From the NCBI GenBank assembly GCA_905178155.1, contig CAJINV010000011.1, positions 307,914-371,913 on the forward strand: a DNA stretch of 64,000 nucleotides, given 5' to 3'. The DNA comes from Amoebophrya sp. A120. Lineage: Eukaryota; Protista; Dinoflagellata. Below the pieces are notes generated by a model, which did no database searches, was not told where the DNA came from, and worked only from the letters and a program-made list of their open reading frames with translations. Positions 12,811 to 26,800 of the stretch are shown here, piece after piece. Position 1 is the stretch's first letter; each line of letters opens with the position of its first letter. Both the position numbers and the translations under genes were made by a program.

Positions 12811-15800
12811 TTAACTGCATGGCCACACACGACGCACATAAGCAAAACTGAAAACCATCTTATCCTCTTGAACATGAAGAAGAACATTTTTCCGCCATAT
12901 CAGCTTTTGTGCCCGCTTCCGCATCATTGCACGCAGGTTCGGGTCCTGGCATCGCTTGACGGATGGTTTTCCAGAATTTTTCGACGCTGTAGTGGTCGCG
13001 GTCGGCGGCGGCGGGCGCGATGAGGTGGTGGACGAGCTTCCTGGATCATTTGCTGCTTTTGGCAAATCCCGAGTCGATCGACTCTGAAGAGCGCTCTCGT
13101 TGCAAGAAACTTCATTCTGCAGCGTCCGGCCATCCTGATAACCCGCACCTAGACCTATTGCGGTGGTCGCGTCGGCGCTATTTGTTCCGCTGCCCCCGGT
13201 AAATCGCGCTTGCTTTGCGTCTGCGTCCGCGTAATGTCGTCCAAAGGCTTTTGAAGTCGAAGGTTTTTTTCCAGCATGAATGGTAGACCCAGTCGGGTGC
13301 TTCGAGTAGGAGACCTGACACGGTGCTCCGCTTTTCCTTGTGAAAGCTTCTGCGGGGGGAGCAGGTAAAGAACGTCGGTTATCAAGCGTTAATGACGCTT
13401 CGGCAGACGACGTGCTGCACTTGGGCAACATGTCAACAAGGAAAAGCTTTTTATCGGAGGACGGAGGTGGACGCCTTACTTCGAGGTTGTCTTGTTCCAT
13501 TTGCCGGGAAGATTGGGCTGTCACCCAGGGAAGTGGTTGTGCGACGGTTTTCTTCTTACGCTGTTCTGGTGCTGCTGGTGCTGGTGATTTTTCGGGAAAA
13601 GTTGTAGGTGACGCAGCGGACGGGGACGAACTTGGCATTTCTATTGCTGTGGACACTAGCAAATGCTCGGACCCCGTTCCGTCTGGCGCTGTCGTGTCAG
13701 CGGGGATTTGCATACCACAGTTACGCGTTGCAGGCGAGTGCCCCTGCAAAGCCGCACTGCTCGAAACATAAAGGCTCGATGTACTACTTCCGCGGTTGTC
13801 CTTTGCGGCACAACCTTTCGTACCCCCCGCTGTCATCTCCCCTCGTGAACCTTCTTCTGCTACCTCCACCACGGCTGCCGCACCACGAGTACTAGGCACT
13901 GCGTTCCGGTTGTTGTCGTTCCTGCCGCGCTCAATATTAATGCCGAGCTGGCCGGCCTTCTTTCGGTAGAGCGCGGCCAGCCACGGGTCCTCGAGGGTCG
14001 CGTCATGGTGCTCAAAATCATCGTTCTCCGCCTGTCTCGCCCAGTAGCCAGTACCCGGGACAACTAGTTTATTCTTCGAGCTCTTCTGTAGTAGTTCTTT
14101 TCGCGGAAGGAAATCATTTCTGGTGCGGTCATCGTCTTCTTGTTTCATCTCCTTTCCACCACGAGGAGATGAAAACTCCTTTGCCTTTGAGGGAGACTTC
14201 CCCGGATCGTGGGGAAAATATTCTTCATCACGATTCTTTTCTCGAGCAGTTGCAGCATTTTTCATGCCGCGCGGCGATTTCCGTTCCTCCAGTCGTCCGG
14301 TGGAACAACTTGCTTTACCGTCATGCAACCCGCGTCGTGTGGTCGACGTTGCACCGAAGGGATCTGTTCGATATTGGCAGAACGACAACATCTCAGCCGC
14401 ATCGGCATCGCTGGTTTCCGCTTCATCTATCTCGCTCCATGTCGCCGCGAATGACACAAGCGGTCCGATGCTAGTTGCTTCTGCGTCATCTTCACTTCCC
14501 GCAACATCGGATGAGAGCAACTCGTTTTCTGTTTCGCAGCGGAAGACGACGAGATTACCTTTTCGCCGTTTCAACGTGGTCCTCTTTTTCCCAGGCCCGC
14601 TAGTGCTTTTCTTACCGCACGTTTTGCTCGTGCGCATTTTGGAAGATCCCTCTCGACGTCGCCCTGACCATGATCTTTGCCGTCGCGATTCCAAATCTGC
14701 GGACACGGCTTGAATTTTCCTCCTGGCGAGATCTTCCAACCGCTTGAGCTTCTTTTTTTGTTCCAGAGCTAGAGAAGTACTACAATGTTGAAGTCGATGA
14801 TGTTCACAATCTCTTACCACCGAAGAAAATTCTCCTGCCTTTTTGTCCACGTTCGGGCGGTCATCAACCGTAGGGGTGCTGTCCGAAAACAAAACCCCAA
14901 AAAGCTTTTCGCCCTTACCTGCTTGAAAGCAGCGGTAGAGCACGTCTTTTCGGAAATTGTCGAAGGTCTGGTGTAGCAAAGGGTTGTTATACTCCACCAG
15001 ATTGACTCCATAGCGACAGAACCACTTCTTCAGCACCGTGTACTTTACCGCATCAAGCTCCGAAAGTGCGTCTTGTCCAGCGATAGGCATCCAAAAATTA
15101 GCGATCAGCTTCCACGCGGCCTCGATCCGGTTTTCCAGCAGGGCGGCCGCGGGCGAGACACTTCCTTGCTGCAGCGCTTTCTCGTGGGAGGCCAAGAACG
15201 TGCGGAGGAGGTTGTGCTTGTTGCGGTCAACCTCAACATCTAGACTTTTCATACTAGCCGAAGAGGAGTCAACATTTCGATCTCGTTTTACTCGAAGTTT
15301 GCTGCCACTGCGGGAAACAAACCCCGTTGGTATCCCCGAATCTTCTTTCCGGGCCACTAGAAGGTGCTGCAGGATTTGAAGGTAGTGATCCTGCGTCATG
15401 GAAATCCTTTTCTGGTGGTGGTGATCTCTTTTGCGCGGGACAAAACACTTGTTTCTCGCATCCGCATGCTCGTCCTCAGCGTCGATGCTCCTCCCACGAG
15501 CGCTGGTAATGCTGTCAGCGCAACCGTTTTCTGAATCTGCACCACCGTCGTCGCTGTCATCAAAGAGTCGTGGTCGTGGAAATTGTGCTCCTGATGTGGT
15601 GTCGTCCAGCTTCCCCGGCCGCGCTTGTAGTAGAGTCATCTCTTGCAACGAACGCAAACCCGTCTTCCTGAATCTTTTATTCAGCACCTCTTCGTGATAT
15701 TTCTGCCACACTTCCGCTTTTACTGCACTGCGGACCTGACGCCGTTCGATTACAGACGCGGTTTCCGATTTGCAGGAGCTGTCCTTTTCATTTTTACAAC

Positions 15801-18800
15801 CAGGGGCGCGGCTCCTTTTCTTTCCGTCTCTTCTAGTACTTGTCCTTGCCAAACATCTCTTGGTTGCGTGGTTTCCCATCTCGGGCCGCGGCATCAAAAC
15901 GCTGCGATCATTGCCTCTGCCCAGGGAAGTAGACGAGGAACTGCCACTGGAAGATACGGAAAACAGGTCCTCAAAATCGGAGAAAGTTGCAGCCTCGTTG
16001 CAGATATGCATTGCAGAGGTATCGATATCGTTTTACGTAGAAATAAAATGACAATTTTTTGCAGAAGCAAAGCGTGCAATTTGCATGCAGAGTCAGGCCT
16101 CAACAAGCTCAAACGACAACAAGTAGATCTGTCATGTTGCAAGACTGGCATTTGTACGACGAGTAGGAGTACGATACTTTTGCAAAGGATAGTAGAGCAA
16201 CTCCCTCTCTAGATCGTCCACGTCCTCCGATGAATCGGAGCAGGACATGCTAGTCAGGGAGCCTGAGAAGGACTCGCTGGCACAACGACCACCTGCTCCA
16301 GGGGTTGTACTAGTTGTACCAATACCATTTTTCATAGTACCAGGATCCGCATCTGCATCAGAAACGTGCGCGTCAATAAAAATATTTTCATCGTGTTGTA
16401 CTAGCTGCCCTTGCATCGGAAACGAGGATCCCGCACGGTATTCTTCGTCTTCCTCGGAAGTTTCGGAGGATGAGCTCGTGCCTGTCTCGACCTCGTCTTC
16501 CCAGCCGTATGGGGAATGATCATTTTCTTCTTCGGGCAACACAGTTCTTCCAGGGGATTTCTCTTTAGGAGTGCAGCTCTGACCAACTCCTCTTGTGTGC
16601 CGATTTGAATATTGTTGTTCCCCGTGCGCGTTTTCCATGTAGTTCTTGCGGTCGGTTGCACAATAAAGCCGCGTGCTTTTATCTTTCTCACCGACATTGA
16701 AATTGTAGTGCTCTTGCAGGATCTTGTCCAATTCCGCGTTCAGGCGCCGGACCCCGCGGCCAATTCTCGCAGCCGTAAATCCAGCAGTACTTCTGGTGGA
16801 AGAAGCTTCGGACGAACCCGGAGAAGAAAGGCGATCTGAAGTAGATGAATCGGACAACACTTCCAACTGTGTAAAAGTTTTGTCCTCGTCGTCCGCGTGC
16901 AAAAATGAAGTGGGGCAGTCCTCAGCAACTTCGCGAACAGCGTCGGGGTCGGCCGCGGGCACGACACTCTGGTCGGAATCAACGTCGTCATCACCGCCGC
17001 TAACGTCGTCATCACCGCCGCCGGCCAGGGTTTCGTCAAAATAGTTCCGGAACAAATCCTGCAGCGTCAAACTCTTCTGCCCCTTCTTCGAAAAAAGTTT
17101 CCGCTGGATTTTTGCAGCGTGTTTTTTCTTCCTGGTCGCATAAGATTTTTCCATCATGTAGTTGTGCTCCTGTTTTGGTTCTCCCATCGCGGAGAAATTC
17201 CTTTTTCCTCCTCGATTATAATTTTTCGACAAAGATAGAAAATCCAGAGATTCGCCTCCCCTTGCTTCGTGCAAATCCTCCAGCAGGCGCCAGAGGTCAT
17301 CAGGCGTGCGACAGTGCCGGTGCTCTTCGTCCACCGAGGTTGTTGTATCAAGAGCGGCCCGACCGGGCGATTGACGTGGGTGTTCTTTTGACGAAATAGG
17401 AGGTGCAGCTCCAACATGTACTTCTTTCTTCCGAATGTTAACTTCTTGCAGATTCTTGCCCAGCTCCGCCCTCAATCTTTCCATCCATTTCCAAACATCT
17501 TTTTCAACCGCAGCAAGCACCGCGTTTGCGACGCCCTGGATCTCCGACGAAAACTGATTCGGCGCCCGAAGTTCGCGATGGAAAATCGCTGCGGGAGCAG
17601 TATGATCGCAGCTTTCGTTTGCTGTGGTAAGCGGCCACCTCTGGTCGCCGCGCCCATAATAAGCTGGCGCTACATGATTGATCCCGGTTGTTCCACCATG
17701 ATCCAGATTCTCACAGGTGGAAATAAGAAGTGCCTCGCGTTGCAATGCGACTTCGATCTCGTGCGCTGCTGCGTTCAATTGATAATCCGCTGAAGATGTC
17801 CACCATGTGCTAGAAAATGAATATCTTGGAGCTCCGTCTGTCACCGAGGCAAGTGCCTTTGCTTCCGCGTGTTCTTCTTGACGGTAAGACTCTGAGGAGG
17901 GTCGCTCGATCTGGACCCGGTGGTCAACGGGCGGCACCAGCTCCTCATCCGTGCCGGATGTTGACTGTGGAGCTGCGCTCTTTGCTGTAGAATCCGTTTC
18001 TGGAAAAGCAGCTTGCTCTGAAGCACAAGCAAAATGATCCTGGCCACTGCATAATTGCTCGGACGGTTCTTGTTCCAGGCTCCCAGCACTCTTCTCAAAA
18101 TAACTGGCGCCAGCCTGCCTATACGGTGCGAGAACTAGGCCATGTCCATCTCCGGAGATACAGGTTCTTTCCTGTGAGGATAACGACATTTCTGAACCAT
18201 GCTCTTGCATCTCAAGTTGCCTCCTGCTGCTTTCATCGTCGCCGACATCTCGCACTACAGGTGCATCTACTATAGGAAGCTGCCCCTGAGAAGATGAATT
18301 TGCACCCGATCTTCGTCCACTATAATTCGTTGCATGCTCCACTTCTTCTCCCTCAGCTTCCACTTGCTCCACTCCACCCAACATCTCGTTCCTTCCTGGA
18401 GAAATCGACGACGCGAATGACCGACAGGACGCAGTCGTCGCGGAAGATACGGGACTTCCGCAAAACCAGACGTAGCGAGGCGTGTCTGCAGAAAATGTTT
18501 CTGTCTCAGATAATTTCAACCGTTTATCCTCGTTGTCACAGAAGCCAGGACCAAGGCTGCAGCCGGAAGAAGATGCAGGTGTAGCAACAGCGAGGCCGCG
18601 CTTGCAGGTATTGCTCATTTTTTTGTCCCGCCGTCCTCGCCAGCGAAGCTTCTTCGGCCGCCGCTCCTTCCTAACATAGGCGAAAGCCTCGTCTGCTTTC
18701 TGTTGTACCAATCGCATTTCGTCAGCACCGTGGTCGTCCCGAGCGCTGACCATGCTGCCACAGCTCGCGGTGGTTGCTCCAATTGAAACTAAAACATCAT

Positions 18801-19146
18801 CTTCCCAAGACGAAGAAAATAGACCAGAGCCACCTTCTGCTACTACAAATTCTGACGGCGACTTACGCAGCTCCTGCGTGCCAAGATTTTCTTGCAACGG
18901 CGACTCATGTTGACGCTCCGACGTGCCAGGTAGTATCGACTTTCTCGCCGGCCGTTCTTTATTTGATGCAGCAGCTTCGTCCAAGGGCGTCACACGAATG
19001 TCACGCGTTCTTTCAGCCTGGCATTCATGGAGGCTTGCCCATTCGAGAAACAGGTCTGCATCCCGTTCAAAATTGTCCCACGCTGCTCGCTTACGGAGCT
19101 CGCGCGGATCCGTGGGCCTCTCTACTGGTTCCGGATGTAGTACCAT
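12811..19146 (-). CDS. Large low-complexity hypothetical protein (~2047 aa; may have further 3' exons)
   Basis: ORFs 16132..19146 and 12811..16011 fuse in frame (ERELL-Y/C-NEAAT) when 16005-16191 plus 5 nt is removed. Confidence 0.75.
16005..16191. mobile_element. Introner (short class)
   Basis: TATGCATTGCAGAGGTATCG...CGATACTTTTGCAAAGGATA; direct repeat GCAGA/GTAGA. Confidence 0.9.
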
Positions 19147-20213
19147 AGTCGTTTGAGGTTAATCAAACATCAAAACCAGTGGTTTTTATCCTTAACGTGG
19201 GTGTACTGCTATCAATGCGACCGGTCATTTTGACAAGAACTGCTCGAAGAACAACGGGTCGAGTTGTCGGGGATCTTTTGTTCGATGATTTATTTGACAA
19301 AATTTTTATATTTCTGTTTCGTACCACCTAGCTGCCTGAAGATTAAGATCGTAGTTTCGCCTCTGGCATCTTTGTATCATCCTGCTCAACTACATTGAGG
19401 TCAGCAGCACTCGTGGTCCGTCGATGTTGATAGACATAGACCAGTACTTACACCAGGAAAAAACATAAACACGCAAGAGATAGAGAGCTTAAGAATACAC
19501 GTTATAGAACGATTGTTCCTTCGGAAACAGATCCACGCTTAATTATTTGAAGTGAGCGAGTCTTGCTTCTTTTGTGGAACTGGCTTCCTGGCTGCCGAAT
19601 ATCAAGTCCGTTGTGACTGATATCGCTGCAGGCACAAAAAGTTTTGTCGGCAACAAAACCTGCACAACTCCTTATGTTGAACGCCCTTCCCCTCCTTGTC
19701 CTTTCGACGCTTCGTTTTTCAGGATCTTACCCTTTCCATCTCGTGTGGACCTCCACGGAACCGCATCTTACCAAACTAACTGTTTGCATTTTCAAGATTT
19801 GCGTTTTGTTCAGATAGCAATGAAATTCCAATTTGACAGTATGGGAAGGAAATCTTTCACCAGCTCTACTATAACTTTGGAGGCAAGGAGGGCAAAAATT
19901 CCGGAAGTCAGAAAGTATCAAATCTTTCGGTTTGGCAAACAAAAGCGAGAGCGGCACTACAAAAAAAAAAAAACGGATGTTCAATTTGCTGTTTTCTCAA
20001 ACGACAAAATTCAGAAACGGTAGAATTTCCTGCAGCGAAGGCCAACGCACTCGCTGAGTGGGTCTTTCCACCGGGGAAAATGAAAAATAGGTATTTTGAC
20101 TTTCTGCAGACAGCACAGAGCAAAAATGTAAAGCATTGTACAGCATCGCATTGTTCGCAGCACGAACTATAAGCTCAACGTATACCTCCTCTTCTTCTAG
20201 CACATGACCCTTC

Positions 20214-23200
20214 CTACGGCTGCTGGCTCCGACAGCAGGTGGACAAAAGCGAAAATCCACTTGATGCCGGCACGGTCTCTGGTTGCAGCTCGATCGTCAC
20301 TGCACCGTTGTTATTTGCTCCACCCCTTCTTTGCAGCGGTAATCCCACACTCCCGTCCAGCTGGAAAGCCCGCGGAGAGGAGGATGATGATCCATTCGGG
20401 GGAATTATGCCAGTTGTTTCTCCTGATGTCGGCACGAAGCTGTAGTTGTCTGGCAACAGATCGTCGTGAAAGAGTTCTCTGGCCAAGACGAAAAACGCCT
20501 GTTTCCGCTCCAGGTGCGGAAGCCACAACCGTTGCCAGAAGTGAAAGAAGGGGCTCAACCAGGACTCTGGCATCGACTTCATCAGACGATGCACAACCCC
20601 GACCTTCAGGAACACCACACTCACTTCGGACGTTGCGATCGGCGCCCGCAGCGGCTTGGCTTGGTCCGCGGGAGAGCTTGCCTGTCGCGGCCGGGCATGG
20701 AGCATCGGCGCTACGTATTCCCGAATCAACAGATTTGGGTGCGGGCCACTGCGGGCTTTCGGGGAGCAACAGGCACTCAAGCCGCTTCCCGGACTGCTGA
20801 CCGCTCCGTCTTCGATCTCGACGTCCAACCTTGTGGGCTGTTCAAACCGCTTATCCTGAGCAAAAGTATCACCGACTCATAGTATTCCTATTCGCAACGA
20901 CGCATGACAAATCTCGTTCTCGTTCCCAAGGAAAATCAACATGACAAATTCCATCTGATTTCATGCTATGTCAATTTGTATTCCGCAATTAGAATTACTA
21001 GGAGTACGATGTTTATTTTGCAACGCATACCGCACTTCCTCCTCGAGCTTTGTCCAATCGATAGAGTAGCTTGCCCGTTGATCTTGCTGTTTTTGCCAGG
21101 ACGGCACGTCCAAATACCGCCCAGTCACTACGTTCAGGCCGTCGAACACGAGCTGCGAAAAGATCGACCCGAGCGAGAAAAGGTCAACCGAGTCCATCGT
21201 CTTCAGCGCCTCACAAACCTGGCCAGCCTCGACCTCCTTCGGTGCGAACCCTACCGTCCACGTGCCGAAGTACTTGCCCATCTTCTCGCGTTGCTTGGAA
21301 GTTTTCGCGTCGTCCGCGTTCGAAGTGACAGACGCGGTGAGAGTCGCGAGTAAAGAGGAACTACCGGCACCTCCAGTTGTCTTATTTATTCCGGAGGAAG
21401 AACTAGCTCGCGCCTGCTTCTTTTGCTCGCACGCAGCCAAGGCTTCCTTTGCCTCGTCGAACCCAATCATGGAAGCGAAGTCCGTGATCACGATCTTCTC
21501 GGTATCCGGGCTCCAGAACAGGTTATGCAGTGCAAAAGCATCGTACTCGTAGTTTTTTCATTGCAGTCATGCGTGACAAATCTGGTTCCTTAGCTCATTC
21601 AGCATTACAAATTCCTTCTGGACAAATTTGTAATGCTATTTCTACTAGTACGACTACGATGCGTTTGCAATGCATACAGGTTCTGCGCCTGCAAATCGTG
21701 ATGCGCAGCCTCAATGGTTACTTGTAAAAACGAGACCGCCTCCACCAGCTGGGTAAGCATTTTCACGATGGTGCTGGTCTGCTGAAAAATACTGGCGGTC
21801 TTGTACACCGGCGACCGGGCGGATTTCATACCGTTTGTTCCGGTGCTCCGCGCGCTCCTTACCAGGTCCTGCAACTCCTCATCCGTGGCCGCCGGCGCTG
21901 TCACGAAATTCACACTACGTCCATTCCCTGCTGCACTACTGCTCCCAGTGTCCGCTGCGCCTGCTTCGCTATTCATCCTTGCCATTGCGTGAGATTGGTG
22001 GTGCAATTGGTGGAAGTTCTGCGCCCCTGCTGTGCTTTGCAAGTAGACCAGTGCGGGGACGGAAGATGCCGTGCCGGCCGGAGATTCGTAGATCACGTAT
22101 AACTGGGTGTCTTCAGTCAGCCTGTCGTCCTTCAAAGGCGTGCTGGTCTTGGTGTGTACGTTGAACCCCTCCTTCTTGCTTCTCCAGCGTGGATCCTCGG
22201 TCGGGTCCACGGTTGGCTGGAGTTCCAGTTCCCCGAGGTTGTGCCGCAAACACTTCTGAAAGTAAAGAGCCGCAGAGGATCTTCTCCCCTTCTCCTGCAG
22301 TTTCTGGGCCCACTTGCAAGCGTGCCGGGCCTTGTCTACCTCGACGTGCAAGCCGGTCTTCTTCGTGGACGAAACCAAATAGTCGTTCCACGTGAGGATT
22401 TGCTTCGTTTGGCGGTCCTGAAATCGGTACACCACCACCGGAGCCTGGCTCAGCTTCATGTATCAAATGCAAAAGTGTCTGGGTCTGGAAGATTGCCAGG
22501 TTTGTCATGCATATTTTGCATGACCCGTGGCGCCTGTAATGCATGGCCTAGCATCACAGATTTTTAGAGGACTTCCTGATGCCTATTCCGCATGAGAAAT
22601 GCCATCTCCGCGTAGAACAAAAATAGGAGTCCAGTACCAGTTTGAAACTGGTACTGGACTCCTTTTGCTGGTCATGCAATACACATTTTTTGTAGAATTC
22701 AAGAACAGCATTACAAGTTACAACCATCCAGACCCAGACATATTTGCAATGCATATCATGACCGCCCTGTGCACGAGGATTTTCACTGCCCCCGGAAGCA
22801 TGTTGCTGCGGACGACCGACGCGGGGAGCGGGTCCATCGGTCGATACTGCGTTTCGTCCACTACCCAGGAGAGCGGGTAAAACGACCCGGCGGGGGCGTT
22901 CCGGAAGTTCGAAGCCATATTTCCCAACACGTTGGTTGGGTAGAGATTCTCAATTCCCCGCGGACTCAGCTGCGGTGACACAGAGATCCCCATCGGTGGA
23001 GTACCGACCAGGCGCTGGGTCGCAGCTGGGGTTTTTTCCGCGGCAGATTTTGGACTCTGGTTTCCCTGTCTTGCTCGGAACCCGGAACTGCTCAAACCGC
23101 CGAAGCAGGAAAGCAGCGAGTTGCCGAAAGACTGCGCTGAGGAGGGAGAACTTGGTGCTGGTACGACAGCGTTCGGGGGTAGGAGGGGCACATTATTCTG

Positions 23201-23485
23201 AGCACCATTACCCGCCCGCGGAGAGCTACTCCCCGGAGCTGCTCCAAAGAAACCCTGCGGCGCAGCTGATCCAGGTGGGCCTGCAGCTGCCCCGTTGCTG
23301 TTGCCGAAACCGTTCGCAGTTGGCCCTCCCTGAAAGAAACTTTTAGCCACTCCTAGTTTCGTCGCGAAAGCTCCCGGAGGCCTGATCTCCAACAAAGGGA
23401 CGAGAAGAACAGACACTATAGGCAGCAAGAAATAGACCCTGGAGCGCAAAAGGCTCTTGGAGATGACCATCTTCATGGCGACCAT
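20214..23485 (-). CDS. Signal-peptide-bearing protein kinase-like protein, probable pseudokinase (~876 aa, 4 exons)
   Basis: Hydrophobic N-terminus VYFLLPIVSVLLVPLL; after removing 3 introners: VHRAVMKLSQAPVVVYRF (I-II), LYVIYE (V), HHDLQAQNLFW (VIb), ITDFA (VII), GTWTVGFAPKE (VIII), DLFSLG (IX). Confidence 0.85.
20852..21029. mobile_element. Introner (short class)
   Basis: TATCCTGAGCAAAAGTATC...TTTTGCAACGCATA; direct repeat CCGCT/CCGCA; restores EEE(V/E)RFEQP. Confidence 0.88.
21524..21676. mobile_element. Introner (short class) inside the kinase catalytic loop
   Basis: TATGCAGTGCAAAAGCATCGTA...TACGATGCGTTTGCAATGCATA; direct repeat CAGGT; restores HHDLQAQNLFWSPD. Confidence 0.95.
22461..22755. 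mobile_element. Introner (GTCTGGGTCTGG family)
   Basis: TATCAAATGCAAAAGTGTCTGGGTCTGGA...TCCAGACCCAGACATATTTGCAATGCATA; direct repeat TCATG. Confidence 0.95.
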
Positions 23486-23810
23486 CTTCTTCCTTTATGT
23501 GCTGATCGGAGTACTAGAAGTCGTTTTTGCACGAAACGATGTCTGGAACGAAGAGCTTATTTTGAGGATCTGCTACTTAGGCGACGGCTTCGATCTAGAA
23601 CTCGTCTCTGGATCCTTTTTTCGATCTCTATTTTTTCAAGAGAAAAATGGACAAGTCCAAAAGGGACAAAATTTCATCTCTCCGGTACTTCCTTGCGAGG
23701 TTCCTGCTTATTTTCCCGTGGAACAAGATCGAAAAGAATAAAGTCACAACAAAGCTGTAGTCGCCCTCGCCCATTATCATCCGTCATACCATGCATTACA
23801 ACAGCGTAGT

Positions 23811-26800
23811 TCAAGAACATTTATTCATTTCCTGGAGCCTCTTAGAAGTTTCTATGCCACGGAGGTCTGGAGCCTCTTCGTGTCTGAACTCCTCCTTTGG
23901 CCACGCCAATGTCGTGTCTCCGAACTCGGCCGTTGCGCAGTCCACGAAGTGCGCGTGGTCCCGGTGCGGCCGCACGCTCCCGAAACCCTGCAGCGGATTC
24001 CGGCCGAAGACCTCCAACAGCGTTTCCACTTCTTCCGTGGAGTTCAGGTGGTCAAATCCCTTCAGCGTGTTCTTGTCGAGAGAGCTGGTGCTGCGTAGAC
24101 TACTCAAAGCCGCCTCCCGGGCGGACATTTCGACAGTAGCAGCACTGGTTGTGTCCTCCTCCTCTTCCCCTGGTGGTGCATGTTTCCCGTATCCCGCACA
24201 CGGCCTCGCGCCCGCACAGGAGCGAAACAACGTGCATGTTTTGGAAGCTGCACGACGACCTTGCGACGTCGAGTGCTCCATAATAGTTGGAGTTGTTGCG
24301 CTGGTGTCCTCCTCCCCTTGAACAAGTAGATCATGCTCCTTCAAATGCAGGCAGCGGCATTTCTCCGCTGAAAAACTTAGGTCCGCGCACCCCTGCCAAC
24401 AGAGCTGCATCAATGATGGAATTAGCTGGTAAAGCCGCGGTGTCTTCGGCCTCCACGTAGCAGCGTCCTGGTCGGCGACGCTAAACTGGAAGCTCGCTTT
24501 GGCTCTTTTCGCCAGCATGTCCTCGTTCACCTGCAGGCGCCACTTGCGGTGCTGGCTGCGGATCGCAGACAAGTCGATTACGAGAACACAGGTTCTTACT
24601 GCTCCTGCCTTCGTCGCAGCAGTGTCGCTGTTTTCACCAACCGAATTGGAATTGCAGCTTTCCTGAATTTTCTTCTCCCTTTCCAGGTCCTGGAAGGCTC
24701 CGGGCGGGACCCACGTTTGGTCTATTACCAGGGAAAAAAGCCGCTTCGCAAAACTAGTAAAGGCGTCGGCCGAAGATAATTGTTCTTGGGAAGAAGAAGA
24801 TGAAACGAATTTTGTCACCGGCGCACCGACGGTTACCCGGGCGAAGCGGATCCTTTCCTCATCCTCAGCAGTGCTATCTCGGTCGTACGGTACGGCAACC
24901 GGAACTGGATGTTCTTCTCGAGCAGTAGAAGCAGTGCGTTCTACTTTCAGTAGACTGTTATTGTCGTTGTTCTCAAAAAACTCTAGTTTTACGTCGGCTA
25001 TCGCGTCAGACATCGTCTCCGACCACTGCGCGTGCAGAAACCACACAAACGGCAAACTCCGCCCCAGCTCCTGCTCATACTTTAGGTGTAGCGTATCGGC
25101 GTCGTGGCCTTTCATGATCTGCGCGTTTGTTCTCGTCGCTTTCGCAATCAGTTTTTGATTATCTGCAACATTTTCGCCAGAACTATCGCCGGCACTTCCA
25201 TTCCCGACGATTTTTTCCGCGACCTGGCCCGGCAAGAGCTGTCTCTGCTGTCCCCTGTGCTCGTCTTTGAGTTCTTCCGCGGTCGTAACCCGTGGCTATG
25301 AACTGCAGAAGTATCTTCGTACTCGATCTCGAACTCGTATATATAAATGCATTACAGATTTCCTCAGCATGAGAAATTAAATTTGTAAATGCTGCTTTAC
25401 CTTGAGAAAAAGATTTTTAATGCATGACTGCAATACAACGAGTACGATACTTTTGCACAGGATAGTGGCGCGGTGCTGACGATGTCCCCAAACCCATTCG
25501 CGTCGCAGAAGTCCAGCAGCTCTGTGCCCGCTTTCGCGTCGGTCCGGCGGTAAATCCGGTGTTGCGCGTCCGCGTTGATTTCGGCGGATACGACAGGAAG
25601 GGTGTTATACTCAATGCGCATCTTCTTCAAAAGCTCCCTTGCCCCCTGCGCGACCTCGTGATCGTGCCCTTCGGTGTCTGTTTTCAGCAGGCAAAGGTTT
25701 TGCACGGGGAAATGAAACGGATTCTTGTTGAGGGTCGTGCCTGTGGTACTGTCCAATGAAGTTGATCTTCTTCTTGCACTGAGTACCATCGGGTAGTTCT
25801 CGTCGTCGTCCCGTGCAGTTTCATTCATTTTGGTCCCGTAAACTACCGCCGCTAGCCGCTGGATTTCTTGCCCTTTGTAGTTGTTGGTATGATCCTTCGT
25901 CCCTACTGTACCATCCTCTGCCAGAACGTGACTCTTGTCACTTTTCGACCCTGCGGTGTTCACAATCTCGTCCAAGGTGCGCAAAGGGACATCGTCAAAA
26001 TCAGTCCGCTGCTGGTCGTCCGTGACGTTTAGTGGTGTATGCATTGCAAAAGCATCGCACTAGTACGTATCGCAATACAAATTTTTAGCGCAAGAGCATC
26101 ACAAATGCAAATGCAATCTGTAATGCTGATTAAGCTACAGGAGAAACATTTGTCATGCTTGATTGCGATTGCTACGAGCACGACACTTTTACACAGGATA
26201 TTGTGCCTTGGAGAACAAGCCACCCAGCTCGGTGTCCTGGTGTGGCACGGAGAACACCAGCTTTTCCTCCGCACTCTGCTCTGCAAGCTCGTAGGAAGTT
26301 GCCGCCGCCTGAAACAGCTTGACCTGGTGCTCCAGATGGTTGGCCTTGATGCTCCCGCCCGTGAACGCCGTGTTCCAGTGCACAGGCTCCACGGCAACGA
26401 CCTGGTACCCGGTCCCCCGCTTCTTCTGTCGGTCGAAAGCGGTCGCCGGGAAGAAGGTAGTGCTGGTACTGGCACTAGAAGAATTAGAATCTGAGTCACC
26501 AGTTTTAATATTCCTCAAGGCGGTATGAATATGAGCTTCATCTGGTGGCCTGTCGTCGGCTTTTAGTTGTACAGCAGGTGTTACAGAAGTACTTCTGCTC
26601 GTCTGCCGCGACGTGCTCTCGGTACTAAACGGAAGATCAGATGAATCGACCCACTTTCTCGCCAACGAGAACAATCCGCTAGAACGACAAGTCGTGCTTC
26701 GTTCTTCCAGAGTAGAAGACCCCGATGAAACCTTGTAAACATCTTCCGTCAAGAACGGGTGCACGAAAATCCCGCTCATGCGGCCGTCTCCGTTGCTAGC

